This document shows positions 40,737 through 54,600 of a stretch of DNA of 64,000 nucleotides, in pieces. The notes beneath the pieces were generated by a model. The model worked only from the letters and a program-made list of their open reading frames with translations. It was not told the DNA's origin and did no database searches. Position 1 is the stretch's first letter; the number at the start of each line of letters is the position of its first letter. Both the position numbers and the translations under genes were made by a program. This DNA comes from Octopus sinensis (lineage: Eukaryota), in contig NC_043008.1 of assembly GCF_006345805.1 (NCBI RefSeq), forward strand, positions 39,556,001-39,620,000. Direction: 5' to 3'.

Positions 40737-41370
40737 TTCAGTGTAAGGTTATCTGACCAGCTGCCATTGCGCTAGGATTGCGTTTTCTCATAAAATCAGC
40801 AAAATTGTCAGTAGACCCATTGGTAGTGAAAATTTCATTTGCCAAAGGAAGGAAGAGCAGTTGGATGAAAACAAACACAGAAAGAAAGAGAAAAACAGAA
40901 GAGAATACGATGACTACATCAGCAGAAATAAAAAGAAAAAAAATGCAATGAAACAAGAGATGCTAATTATTAACCCAACGTTATTGTATTGTATTGTATA
41001 CAGACGTAAATAATTGTTCCACTTGTTTCTCTCTTGAACAGAAGAAAAAAGAGTGTATATTGATCAAGGTAATGCTAACGTTCAGAGGAGAGGTGGATGA
41101 TGTGGTGAGATGGGTTTGAGGAGCGATGCAATGAAACGATAGACGATGACGACGACAACGACGACGAACAACGATGATAACGACAATGATTATAGTGTTG
41201 TTGAAAGTATTAGTAGTACGACTGATAATGCTGGTGGCAGTGAGTAGCAATAGCAGTTCGCTTATTGCAAAATCAAAAAAGAGTATATGTTGCAATTTAG
41301 CATGTTACACACCAGTGAAAGAGTTTGGGGTTGGGCTGAGCGTAGCTGCTAGCAAGTTCTTCGGGTAACT
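40737..41370 (+). promoter_or_regulatory. Possible transcription start / 5'-UTR exon region of an unidentified gene
   Basis: Non-repetitive island with a TCAGT initiator-like motif at ~40738, (ACG/GAC)n-rich UTR-like sequence, and a candidate donor TTCGG/GTAACT at ~41364. No coding support. Confidence 0.2.
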
Positions 41371-42546
41371 TGTATAGAAAATGTGTATACTGTTTTGTTG
41401 CACGAATTTTCCACTTCCTTCACACGAATATTGAGTCATTCAATTTATATATCGTAAAGTTATTTTATTTCGTTCCGTTTGCTATGTCTTGTTCTTCATT
41501 TTGTTGTTGCCGCTATTGTTCGAAATTCTTCGACGTCTTCTTGTTTCAGATTCTTTATACGATTTTATTTAACCAATAAAAAAAAAACTGAAAAAAAAAC
41601 AAATATAAAGGGGGATAAAAAAACATAACGAAAAATAAACAAGTGAAAATGTTAAAAAAAAACTCAAAAATAACGAAATATAAAATTCAAAACACGTGAA
41701 ATTAATATATATGTTCATATGTGTGAATCTGCCTGTGTTGTGTGCGTATGTGTGCGTCCGTGTGTGTACGTATACAGACTAGCATACGTATAGCTGTAAA
41801 AATGTATATGCGTATATGTGAGTTTAGGCATATGTATATATATATATACATACAAACACACTTAGAAGTATACGCATACACGCACAAACACATACACTCC
41901 ACCACCACATTTATATATATATTTACTCATATATACTCGTTTGTAATCATGTCCCTGTATATGTAATTATGTGTGTGTGTACATATGTGTCAGCATGTGT
42001 GTGCGTGTGTGTGAATATATGTGCGTGTGGGGGTGGCCTTTATGTGTCTTTATCTTGGACACACACGCATACACACACATACAAACACACACAATCACGT
42101 ATACTCATTTATATACATGGTAACACTGCGTGGGATACGTATATGCTTGAGACCAGTGAACACCTGTCTGTACGTGTTGCTTAATAATGACAAGACAACA
42201 TCGCAGACGTAGTAGTTTCTTACGCTATTTTGGTTTCTGTCCATGTTCCTTGATGTTGTTATGTTGTTTTTTTCTTCTTATTCTTCTATTATTCCTTGGT
42301 GGTGCTTTACGTGGTTGTCTGACCGTGTGTATGTGTATGAGCGCGCGTGTGTGTGTGGGTTGTGTGATACTGGTGGATACGGGATATATTTTCACTGATA
42401 ATATTATTTTGTTATTTCTTTCCATGTCATTTTGTTATTACTTTATTATTACAAAATATTTTGCTTATGTATATATGTGTGAGTGTGTGTGCTTTATATA
42501 AGTGTATGTATATATATATATATATAGATAGATATTTGTGTGTGTA

Positions 42547-42579
<33 letters not shown>

Positions 42580-44902
42580 ATGTATATATGTATATATGTA
42601 TATATGTATATATGTATATATGTATATATGGACATATATATGTATATATATATGTGAGTATATATATATGTATTTATATACATACGTGTATATACATATA
42701 TACACATATATGTACATAAGCATATATATATGTATATACGTGTAAAGATGTATGTATACATTTATGTTCACATTTATATATGTACGAGTCTGTTTGTGTA
42801 CATATACATACACAAGCACACAAAAACTGACACATACGTGCATACACACACACATATATATATATACACATATTCGCAGACAAGCCTGTATATGTTGTGT
42901 ATATACATTTGTACAAATAAATATATATAAGCAAATACATATGTATGCCTATGTTTACATATATATAATAAAATATATAACGATAATAATTATATATATA
43001 TATATATGGAGAGAGAGAGTGAGAGAGGATGAGAGAGAGAGAGAAAGATTAATATTTAGGTAGAAAGATAACCATATAGAGGATGTGTATTTTACATTGC
43101 TGTTTATTTTATTCACTATACTGATATATTTCCCTCTATTCAACTATCTTTTCTAATTTCTCATATAATTCATAACATAACTTATGCGTAACATATATTT
43201 CCAATGATATTTTTTTCGTTTGTTTGGTTTTGGTTTTGCAATACAAGACTATAATATTTTTTATCTATGCTGGTAGCAATTCCACCACTAACCTCAAAAG
43301 AAACCTTTATATTACTTATTCTCACGTGTTTGACAATCTTTGGTCAAATGTTGCTGAATCGGTTCCGTTTCACTTTTCTTTGTTTCGGGTTTGAGATTTT
43401 GCTTATGCCATTCCGTTTGGGCGCCCGGTTTTGTAATTCTTTATTATTAGTCCGTAACTGGGAACAATAGGATAGTATTTAATGAATATTGCCTTTCTCA
43501 ACTCTGTTACTGCTAGGAAAATATTATTCATTGTTCTATAGAATAGTTTTTTTATACACACTCACACATACACTCGCGCACAACCATACATAATCACACA
43601 TGCATACATGTATATATATATCTCCTTCATATATTTTTTTCAGTTTGAGAGGAAAATATAATATATATATTAGAATCTGGATGTTTCTAAACATTTTCTT
43701 GTACCTTATAGTGTTTCATTTATCTTTGGAACTGTTATATATTGCTTGTCAATATCTGCAATGTAAGCAATTTAAATTCATGTTCCTGATAACTCTGTTC
43801 TTGAATTAAATATCTAATGTATATATGTGTATATGAATGTATGTTAATATATATTTACGTACTAAGTGTATTCATACATAGATACGTACATACATACATA
43901 CAGGCATGCATGCATACATACATATAAACATACATACATACATGCATACACACATACATACATGCATGCCAATCTTAATTAGGGTTCTAAAAGGTAGAAA
44001 GGAGAATGCTCATTCGATGACAACAGCTGCAATCCATTACTGGAACTGTAAAGATCTGTAAAACTTTCCAGAATTTGTCATTTAAGTATATATGAATATT
44101 TCTAGATATTCTTTGTAAGCCTGTGCTTATTCCATTGATATCTTCTGCCAAACCGCTAAGTTGCTGGAACACAAACACACCAACATTGGTTTCCAAACGA
44201 TGGGGGCGGGGAACTAACACAAATACATACATAAACATATATACACACATACGTACATACATACATCTATACACACACACGCACACACACATATATATAT
44301 ATATATATACACATATATATATATACACGCATACATATACATATCTATATATATATATATACATATATACATATATATGCACACACACGCACTCACACAC
44401 ACAGACACACACACACACACTCACACACACAGACACACACACGCACACACATATATATATATATACATACATGCATATATATACATATATATGTATACAC
44501 ACACACATATATATGTAGCAACTGTGACGTAATATTGCCATGTGTATCGAGTTCGATTTTTGTAGCGGGTGGGTAGCACATGGGCCAAATCTTGGATGGA
44601 TATGAAAATTGATGTCAACATCATTTCTGCAATGTTAATGGAATTTTTTCCTCATAACATGATGTACGGCTCCTGGTGGCGTTATCGATAATCAATGCCA
44701 TCCATTCCCCTTATCTTTCTTGTTATTGACCTCTGGAGTGCTACTGCTGTCGTAATGGGTTGCTTTGCATGCAACTCATTCCGAAATGAGTATTCAAGAT
44801 GGTGATATTATGTGACCACGGTGGGCAACAGTATTCAAGGTGGGGTACGGCAAAAGTAGAGTAGAGAAGGATGAAATTGTAGGCATCTCTCTCTCCCTCT
44901 CC

Positions 44903-44941
<39 letters not shown>

Positions 44942-44944
44942 GTG

Positions 44945-45105
44945 AAATAGAAAGATGAATAATCTTGTAGTAGATTAATCAAAAGTTTAACCGATACCTT
45001 AGTAGCAAAAATCACAGCAGTAAACTTCGAAACACGTGTAGAATGAAATAAAACGATTTCTGTTCAATCTGCGTTCAGCTCCATTTCTTCAATTCACCAA
45101 TAATG
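44945..45105. mobile_element. Rearranged Penelope-like remnant with hammerhead 3' half (GAAACACGUGUA)
   Basis: 44951-45020 matches 11459-11528 directly; 45028-45100 matches 11605-11676 inverted; (TA)n on both sides. Confidence 0.6.
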
Positions 45106-45227
45106 TTATATATATATATATATATAATTATATATATATATATATATATATACATATATATGCACATATATTATATATATACATATATATGCACATATAT
45201 TATATATATATATATATACATGTATGC

Positions 45228-45259
<32 letters not shown>

Positions 45260-45445
45260 GTATATCATTATACGTGTATATATGTATGTATATATTTATG
45301 TATATACATATGTATATATAGATACGTGTATGTATATATATATATATATATATATACATACACGTATCTATATATACATATGTATATACGTATATATATA
45401 CATACATATATACACGTATAATGATATACATATACATATATATAT

Positions 45446-45478
<33 letters not shown>

Positions 45479-45862
45479 GTATATGTATATCATTATACGT
45501 GTATATATGTATGTATATATATACGTATATACATATGTATATATAGATACGTGTATGTATATATATATATATATATATACATACACGTATCTATATATAC
45601 ATATGTATATACATATATATATACATACATATATACACGTATAATGATATACATATATATATATATATACATATACATATATGCATACATGTATATATAT
45701 ATATATAATATATGTGCATATTATGTATATATATATATAGATGTATATATATATATATATACATAGACGTATCTATATACATATGTATATACATATATAT
45801 ATACATACATATATACACGTATAATGATATACATATATATATATATATATATACATGTATGC

Positions 45863-45894
<32 letters not shown>

Positions 45895-45931
45895 AAATAT
45901 GTGCATATATATGTATATATATATATAGATG

Positions 45932-45993
<62 letters not shown>

Positions 45994-46020
45994 TACATAT
46001 ATGCATACATGTATATATAC
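45100..46020. repeat. TA-rich minisatellite with units in alternating orientation
   Basis: TATCATTATACGTGTATATATGTATG occurs at ~45263 and ~45488; its reverse complement occurs at ~45400-45430, ~45620-45650 and ~45800-45830. Confidence 0.75.
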
Positions 46021-48472
46021 ATACTGAGACTATGAAAAGTGAAAGAATAAAAGTCAAACTATTAAAAGTAAAACTATGAAAGCTGAAAATATTTATAATT
46101 TTTACTTAGTTGATGTCTCACTTTTATTCGTCGAGTTTTCAGCCGCAATACGGAACCAGTGCCAATGTTTTGATGCAAAAACGTACATGTTGACATTCCT
46201 GGGGCCTCATAGTATTACCATGTAAAATTTGATTTGATTTGCTTGAGCCGTTTGAGAAAACATTGAGACCAGGCAGATACGAAGGATTTACCTTCGAAAC
46301 ATGGAGTAGACGAAGCAGGGGGATATTCCTTGTGTTGTATGTCTTGTACTCTGTTTTTTCGTAGTTTGAAAATAGTCCGTTTCCATGGTTTTGTTTTTTA
46401 TGTTTGCGTTTCTCATTGTGTTCGATGTTTTTTTTGGTGTCCTGTACCCATATATGCATGTATATACACATATAGATGTAGGTGTGTACATATATGTATG
46501 TATATATGTATATGTTTTATTTATTATTTTGTTCTGATATGATCGAACGTCACGCATCCACTTCCAAGTAAGTTTTATCTCTCTCTCTCTCTCTCTGTAT
46601 ATATATATTATATATATACATATGGATTATTGATAATTTGCAATGATGTCAGTCGGTAGCATGCGTAAAGGAACTATAATGGCAAAATTATTAATCAACA
46701 TTGAAGGGTACTAGTTTTAGCACCAGCACATTAGAAATACCAATGTATTCCACTGAAAACCGTAGCTTTGAGTTGTACACAAGGGCGAAATAGAGTGAAC
46801 GAGCAGTAAACTTATAAGAACCTGTACTATAGGCGGAAAGAATCGAAAAGAAAATCAGACATGCCCATATCACAATGATTTCGAAATTTGTCTTCGTACG
46901 TGTATGTATGTATGTATGTATGTAGTATGTATGTATGTATGTATGTATGTATGTGTATGTATGTATGCATGTATGTATGTATTCATTTATGCAAGCATGT
47001 TTATGTATGGTTTAATGTATGTATGTATGTATGTATGCATGTATGTATGGATGGATGGATGAATTTATGTATGTATATATGTACATATGTATGTATATAT
47101 GTATGCATAAACATACCTACACAAATTTGTATGTATGTATGCAAAATTAGTGAAATAGAAAAGGTTAAATCGTTGAAACATTTTACAGACATTGTAGATC
47201 CCATCTTTAGACAGATTGGTGAAATATAATATTTGCAGTCATTTGTCTCTTAAGTTCAATATGGAGAAAACATTTTCGGATATCTGCTGAAGCTTGTTGG
47301 ACTGTGGATAATTCAAATTACACTCTGGTCTCTAAAATCATTGTTTGAATACAGCCGCTTGAATGCTATAAAATCGTCTCTCAGTGATCTGTAGATTATT
47401 TTGCCCGTAGAAAAATATTGTCTTTTTCAGCGCCATATTGGTTTCCGTATATGAAAACTTGATATAGTATAATGTGTTTGCCATTCCCACCTACGTTTGT
47501 AGCCCCCGGTAAATTGTTAAATTAACTACTTGTGTATTTATGTATGTATCTTCATGTATGTAGATACTTCTTTGGTTTTCTTTTTTGATTTACAAAAGAA
47601 TATTACTTTAGGATTGAAATAAACGAATAAAGAACGGTGGATGATTCTTTAACATTATAATATTCACAGATTTCGCGATCATTTCACTATCGTTACAAAT
47701 TAAATTGTTAATTTACCTTAATTTTAATTTCGTGCATTCATAAAGAAAATGTTGGAAGGATGTATACCACACAACTTGTTAATGCGAAGATAAAAATGAA
47801 AATTGAAAACTTGGGAAAATTAAATGAAAGATCAGAAAATGAAAGATCAGAAACAAAGACATCCGAATTCAAATGAAATTGCAAAATAGCAAACCAAAAC
47901 TAATTTCGAGTGATTTTAAAACACGCCATTTTTTTGGCATCCGGTATTAGAAGAATAGGTAGCAAAAAAGAACATCTAAATATTATGAATAATATAAAAC
48001 TATTCTATATACTGTATCAGTCTCGTTATATTCCAGGCATTTTAATAATTGTATCCTTACATTAGATAAATTGCGGTGATCCTTCTCTACTGCTATATTT
48101 GGTTATTGGAAATACATACATACACACATACATACATACATGCCAATCTTGAGTAATTAGGGTTCTAAAAGGTAGAAAGGAGAAAGCCCAGTCGATGACC
48201 ACAGCTGCAATCCATTACTGGAACTGTAAAGATCTGTAAAACTTTCCAGAATTTGTCATTTAAGTATATATGAATATTCTAGATATTCTTTGTAAGCCTG
48301 GTGCTTATTCCATTGATATCTTCTGCCAAACCGCTAAGTTGCTGGAACATAAACACACCAACATTGGTTTCCAAACGATGGGGGCGGGGAACAAAAACAA
48401 ACACAAATACATACATAAACGTATAAACACACATACGTACATACATACATCTATACACACACACGCACACAC

Positions 48473-48509
<37 letters not shown>

Positions 48510-48759
48510 CACGCATACATATACATATCTATATATATACATACATATATACATATATATGCACACACACACACCCACACACTGACACACACAGACACTC
48601 ACACACACACATATATATATATATATACATACATGCATATATATACATATATATGTATACATACACACATATATATATAGTAATTGTGAAGTAATGTTGC
48701 CATGTTATTATCATGTCACCAGTACGTTTACTATTCTCTCTACTATTGGAGCAGTGCTT

Positions 48760-48925
48760 GAAACTTTGGTAGGAATAGTCGATTACATTGATTCCTGTGC
48801 CTTCCTGGTACTTATTTTATCGACCCCGAAAGGATGAAAAGCAGTGTAGACCCCATCGGAATTTGAACTCAGAACGTAAAATGGATGAAATAATGTCAAG
48901 CATTCAGTCATCCTGCTAACGATTT
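48760..48925 (-). mobile_element. SINE family A, decayed
   Basis: TTATCGACCCCGAAAGGATGAAAAGC..GGAATTTGAACTCAGAACG. Confidence 0.75.
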
Positions 48926-48939
48926 TGCCATCGATTCAT

Positions 48940-49090
48940 GATCCATCCATCCATCAGTCCATCCATCCATCCACCCATCCATCCATCCATCCATCCATCC
49001 ATACATCCATCCACCCATCAATCCATCCATCCATCCATCCATCCATTCATCCATCCGTCCATCCATTCGTCTATCTATCCATCCATCCAC
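48940..49090. repeat. (CCAT)n tetranucleotide repeat
   Basis: Directly visible. Confidence 0.95.
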
Positions 49091-49955
49091 TCACCTATCC
49101 CTTATGTACATAATCTAGCAAGCATGGAAATTGTATACCTCTATATGTTAAACAGATGTCTGAAATATAAAAACAAAATTTAAGAGAATTAAGTTACTAT
49201 ACGTTCAAAATGAATTAATTATGAAGAACATAAGTCTAACAGGAACAAATAATGCCTACATTCCTGACGGAGACGTAGCGGGGCCGTCGGTACATATGGC
49301 GTATCTTCAGCATTGTGTGTTGTACTGGAGCCATTCTTCTCCGGACCGTGACACAGCGAATTCCTTCGAAAAATATAGAAATGGAAAAGGAAAACAATAA
49401 GAAGAAAAAAGATCAAATTCAGTACAATATATATTTATACAACAACTTCGGAAAGACAAAAGAAAGGCTGAACTCGGGGACATTTGAACTTCGTTGCGAT
49501 TAAACTACAAGAACTATACAAATAAACCGCCTTTGGAACATTTGTAGATATATTATCAGGTGATCTTAGACTTAAGGTGACAAATAGCGGCGCTAGTTAA
49601 AATATCAGACAACAACGATGGGCCATACCCATATGATAAATAGTTCAACAAAAATGTAAAATCCAAAAGAGGCCAAGTAAAAATCTTCAATAACCAATTT
49701 TGAAAAACTGCACAGGAATTCAGTTAACAACCACAAGCAGGAATTTCCAAGGCCTCGGGTTTTATTTCGGAGATTTCCTTCTCTTAAGTAGATTAACAAT
49801 CAAGGTTAAAGAGCTTGTACTTGTCCGTGAGGTAAACTCTCCAATTCAAGACACCAAACTGATACTGAAACACTCTATAAAGCGATCAAATATCACTCCG
49901 TTGACCGACGCGGAGTAGCTCATATGTGTGATACTTGAGGATCACAATCATTTAA

Positions 49956-50008
<53 letters not shown>

Positions 50009-50894
50009 TATATATATATATGTATGTATATATATGTACGTATTTATGTATGTATGCGTGGTACATGTACATATATATGCAGGTGTGATAATACATATAG
50101 CTACACGCATGTATGAGTTTGTGAATATACATGTATATATGGGTAGATGTTATATATATATATGTGTTTGTGTGTGTGTGTGTGTATGTGTGTGTGTATG
50201 TATATGTGCATGTGTATTGCTATGCATATATCTGTTTGTAGGTGTGTATGTATGCTTGTGTGCGTGTGCGTGTCTGCTTGCATACATTTATGTCTGTAGG
50301 AATTTATATATGCAAAAATAGATATAACATGAGAGTGTATATACATGAATGCATGTAACCTACAAGAGTTTGTATGCGTAAATATATATGTTGATATATG
50401 TAAATGTCTAGATACATGTGTAGATACGTATGGGTGTATACATCTTCACAGATATAAATTCTTCAATTATTCTTCTACTCACCACTAACCTGTCCTTTCA
50501 AGCAACTCAACATATATAATTCCCATTTTTCATTCCACCTCAATTTTACTACCTTTACCTTCTCTCTATACTTTCTATTTTCGATCTATTAAGCTCTATC
50601 ACAACACACCTCACACTCTTTTACTCTATACCCTCTCATCTCGCTCTCCCCCTCAACTCTCCCTTCCTTCTGTCATTTTATCCTGACCACAAGCTAGCAC
50701 ACTTTCTCTTTCTTCATTTATTTATTGTCTCTCTTCCCTTTTTTTTTTATCTCTTCCTGTTTTTGATTCGAACGTACAAACACATTCCAAACTTTTAAGT
50801 CACTTCAAAAAAACCCTCAAACGAATAACACTGTTAACAATGCTTGGAAGGACCAATGATAAACACCATTGGAACCCACACACAAGGTACAGGA

Positions 50895-50952
<58 letters not shown>

Positions 50953-51044
50953 TAAGGGCTCCTAAATAAGATGCCGAGTGCTGGGAACACAAAAAGGGGA
51001 TGAATTTATCGAGAGTGAAAATCAAAACGTTTACCGATAACTTT

Positions 51045-51126
51045 AACAACTCGTACCGCGGTTTCTGCTTCTTTCTAGCAAAACACAGAATATGTTTGCT
51101 AAGGTCAGCTTCATCAGCGAGTCGCC
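51045..51126 (-). ncRNA. Type I hammerhead motif in the inverted unit
   Basis: Reverse complement of the plus-strand motif, with one substitution in stem II (GACCU vs GGCCU). Confidence 0.65.
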
Positions 51127-51549
51127 TGAATTTAATCGAGGTCTGCAGCGATGTGGGACTATGTGTTAAACCCGACTACTAGCAGATCTTAACTTTTCAA
51201 ATCTCTGCGCAGACGCAAAATTTACGAATAAATTCATCATGTAGTATGCGAATATAAACATCTTTATTTAGGAGCCCTTAATTGTATAACTACATGAATA
51301 ATATTTTTCTATATGAATAATATTTTTGTCTTATGACTAATTCGTCTTTTGTGCTGGGCACCTGGTAGTAAATAATATTACTACCCTTCTTGTTTATATT
51401 CGCATACTACATGATGAATTTATTCGTAAAATTCTTCCCGGCATGCCCGTGTAAATTTTGCGTCTGCGCAGAGATTTGAAAAGTTAAGATCTGCTAGTAG
51501 TCGGGTTTAACACATAGTCCCACATCGCTGCAGACCTCGATTAAATTCA

Positions 51550-51631
51550 GGCGACTCGCTGATGAAGCTGGCCTTAGCAAACATATTCTGTGTTTTGCTA
51601 GAAAGAAGCAGAAACCGCGGTACGAGTTGTT
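51550..51631 (+). ncRNA. Type I hammerhead ribozyme motif, first of nine direct copies
   Basis: Stem I GGCGACUCG/CGAGUUGUU; CUGAUGA 51559-65; stem II GCU/AGC plus UAGCAAA-CAUA/UGUG-U-UUUGCUA; GAAAC 51611-15; palindromic stem III ACCGCGGU; predicted cleavage after GUA (51622). Other cores at 52004, 52447, 52891, 53336, 53778, 54222, 54667 and 55112. Confidence 0.7.
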
Positions 51632-54600
51632 AAAGTTATCGGTAAACGTTTTTGATTTTCACTCTCGATAAATTCATCCCCTTTTTGTGTTCCCAGCACT
51701 CGGCATCTTTATTTAGGAGCCCTTAATTGTATAACTACATGAATAATATTTTTCTATATGAATAATATTTTTGTCTTATGACTAATTCGTCTTTTGTGCT
51801 GGGCACCTGGTAGTAAATAATATTACTACCCTTCTTGTTTATATTCGCATACTACATGATGAATTTATTCGTAAAATTCTTCCCGGCATGCCCGTGTAAA
51901 TTTTGCGTCTGCGCAGAGATTTGAAAAGTTAAGATCTGCTAGTAGTCGGGTTTAACACATAGTCCCACATCGCTGCAGACCTCGATTAAATTCAGGCGAC
52001 TCGCTGATGAAGCTGGCCTTAGCAAACATATTCTGTGTTTTGCTAGAAAGAAGCAGAAACCGCGGTACGAGTTGTTAAAGTTATCGGTAAACGTTTTTGA
52101 TTTTCACTCTCGATAAATTCATCCCCTTTTTGTGTTCCCAGCACTCGGCATCTTTATTTAGGAGCCTTAATTGTATAACTACATGAATAATATTTTTCTA
52201 TATGAATAATATTTTTGTCTTATGACTAATTCGTCTTTTGTGCTGGGCACCTGGTAGTAAATAATATTACTACCCTTCTTGTTTATATTCGCATACTACA
52301 TGATGAATTTATTCGTAAAATTCTTCCCGGCATGCCGTGTAAATTTTGCGTCTGCGCAGAGATTTGAAAAGTTAAGATCTGCTAGTAGTCGGGTTTAACA
52401 CATAGTCCCACATCGCTGCAGACCTCGATTAAATTCAGGCGACTCGCTGATGAAGCTGGCCTTAGCAAACATATTCTGTGTTTTGCTAGAAAGAAGCAGA
52501 AACCGCGGTACGAGTTGTTAAAGTTATCGGTAAACGTTTTTGATTTTCACTCTCGATAAATTCATCCCCTTTTTGTGTTCCCAGCACTCGGCATCTTATT
52601 TAGGAGCCCTTAATTGTATAACTACATGAATAATATTTTTCTATATGAATAATATTTTTGTCTTATGACTAATTCGTCTTTTGTGCTGGGCACCTGGTAG
52701 TAAATAATATTACTACCCTTCTTGTTTATATTCGCATACTACATGATGAATTTATTCGTAAAATTCTTCCCGGCATGCCCGTGTAAATTTTGCGTCTGCG
52801 CAGAGATTTGAAAAGTTAAGATCTGCTAGTAGTCGGGTTTAACACATAGTCCCACATCGCTGCAGACCTCGATTAAATTCAGGCGACTCGCTGATGAAGC
52901 TGGCCTTAGCAAACATATTCTGTGTTTTGCTAGAAAGAAGCAGAAACCGCGGTACGAGTTGTTAAAGTTATCGGTAAACGTTTTTGATTTTCACTCTCGA
53001 TAAATTCATCCCCTTTTTGTGTTCCCAGCACTCGGCATCTTTATTTAGGAGCCCTTAATTGTATAACTACATGAATAATATTTTTCTATATGAATAATAT
53101 TTTTGTCTTATGACTAATTCGTCTTTTGTGCTGGGCACCTGGTAGTAAATAATATTACTACCCTTCTTGTTTATATTCGCATACTACATGATGAATTTAT
53201 TCGTAAAATTCTTCCCGGCATGCCCGTGTAAATTTTGCGTCTGCGCAGAGATTTGAAAAGTTAAGATCTGCTAGTAGTCGGGTTTAACACATAGTCCCAC
53301 ATCGCTGCAGACCTCGATTAAATTCAGGCGACTCGCTGATGAAGCTGGCCTTAGCAAACATATTCTGTGTTTTGCTAGAAAGAAGCAGAAACCGCGGTAC
53401 GAGTTGTTAAAGTTATCGGTAAACGTTTTTGATTTTCACTCTCGATAAATTCATCCCCTTTTTGTGTTCCCAGCACTCGGCATCTTTATTTAGGAGCCTT
53501 AATTGTATAACTACATGAATAATATTTTCTATATGAATAATATTTTTGTCTTATGACTAATTCGTCTTTTGTGCTGGGCACCTGGTAGTAAATAATATTA
53601 CTACCCTTCTTGTTATATTCGCATACTACATGATGAATTTATTCGTAAAATTCTTCCCGGCATGCCCGTGTAAATTTTGCGTCTGCGCAGAGATTTGAAA
53701 AGTTAAGATCTGCTAGTAGTCGGGTTTAACACATAGTCCCACATCGCTGCAGACCTCGATTAAATTCAGGCGACTCGCTGATGAAGCTGGCCTTAGCAAA
53801 CATATTCTGTGTTTTGCTAGAAAGAAGCAGAAACCGCGGTACGAGTTGTTAAAGTTATCGGTAAACGTTTTTGATTTTCACTCTCGATAAATTCATCCCC
53901 TTTTTGTGTTCCCAGCACTCGGCATCTTTATTTAGGAGCCCTTAATTGTATAACTACATGAATAATATTTTTCTATATGAATAATATTTTTGTCTTATGA
54001 CTAATTCGTCTTTTGTGCTGGGCACCTGGTAGTAAATAATATTACTACCCTTCTTGTTTATATTCGCATACTACATGATGAATTTATTCGTAAAATTCTT
54101 CCCGGCATGCCCGTGTAAATTTTGCGTCTGCGCAGAGATTTGAAAAGTTAAGATCTGCTAGTAGTCGGGTTAACACATAGTCCCACATCGCTGCAGACCT
54201 CGATTAAATTCAGGCGACTCGCTGATGAAGCTGGCCTTAGCAAACATATTCTGTGTTTTGCTAGAAAGAAGCAGAAACCGCGGTACGAGTTGTTAAAGTT
54301 ATCGGTAAACGTTTTTGATTTTCACTCTCGATAAATTCATCCCCTTTTTGTGTTCCCAGCACTCGGCATCTTTATTTAGGAGCCCTTAATTGTATAACTA
54401 CATGAATAATATTTTTCTATATGAATAATATTTTTGTCTTATGACTAATTCGTCTTTTGTGCTGGGCACCTGGTAGTAAATAATATTACTACCCTTCTTG
54501 TTTATATTCGCATACTACATGATGAATTTATTCGTAAAATTCTTCCCGGCATGCCCGTGTAAATTTTGCGTCTGCGCAGAGATTTGAAAAGTTAAGATCT

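Larger units (their letters stand above)
43955..48706 (+). repeat. Dispersed direct duplication of ~580 bp (43955-44546 and 48125-48706)
   Basis: Unique flank, SINE-B fragment and microsatellite pattern are all copied with few substitutions. Confidence 0.9.

Noticed and set aside
46270-46315. GAAGG/CCUUC-GAAAC...GUA hammerhead-like string
   Set aside because: No CUGANGA core and no stem I.
49230-49520. Short non-repetitive ORFs near 49.3 kb (and at 16.9 and 46.7 kb)
   Set aside because: No recognisable domain or convincing splice context; cannot be supported without expression data.
51559-51590. Short hammerhead using CUGAUGA-A-GCUG/UAGC-AAAC
   Set aside because: Lacks G12 and has no matching stem I or III; the fold using GAAAC at 51611 satisfies all stems.
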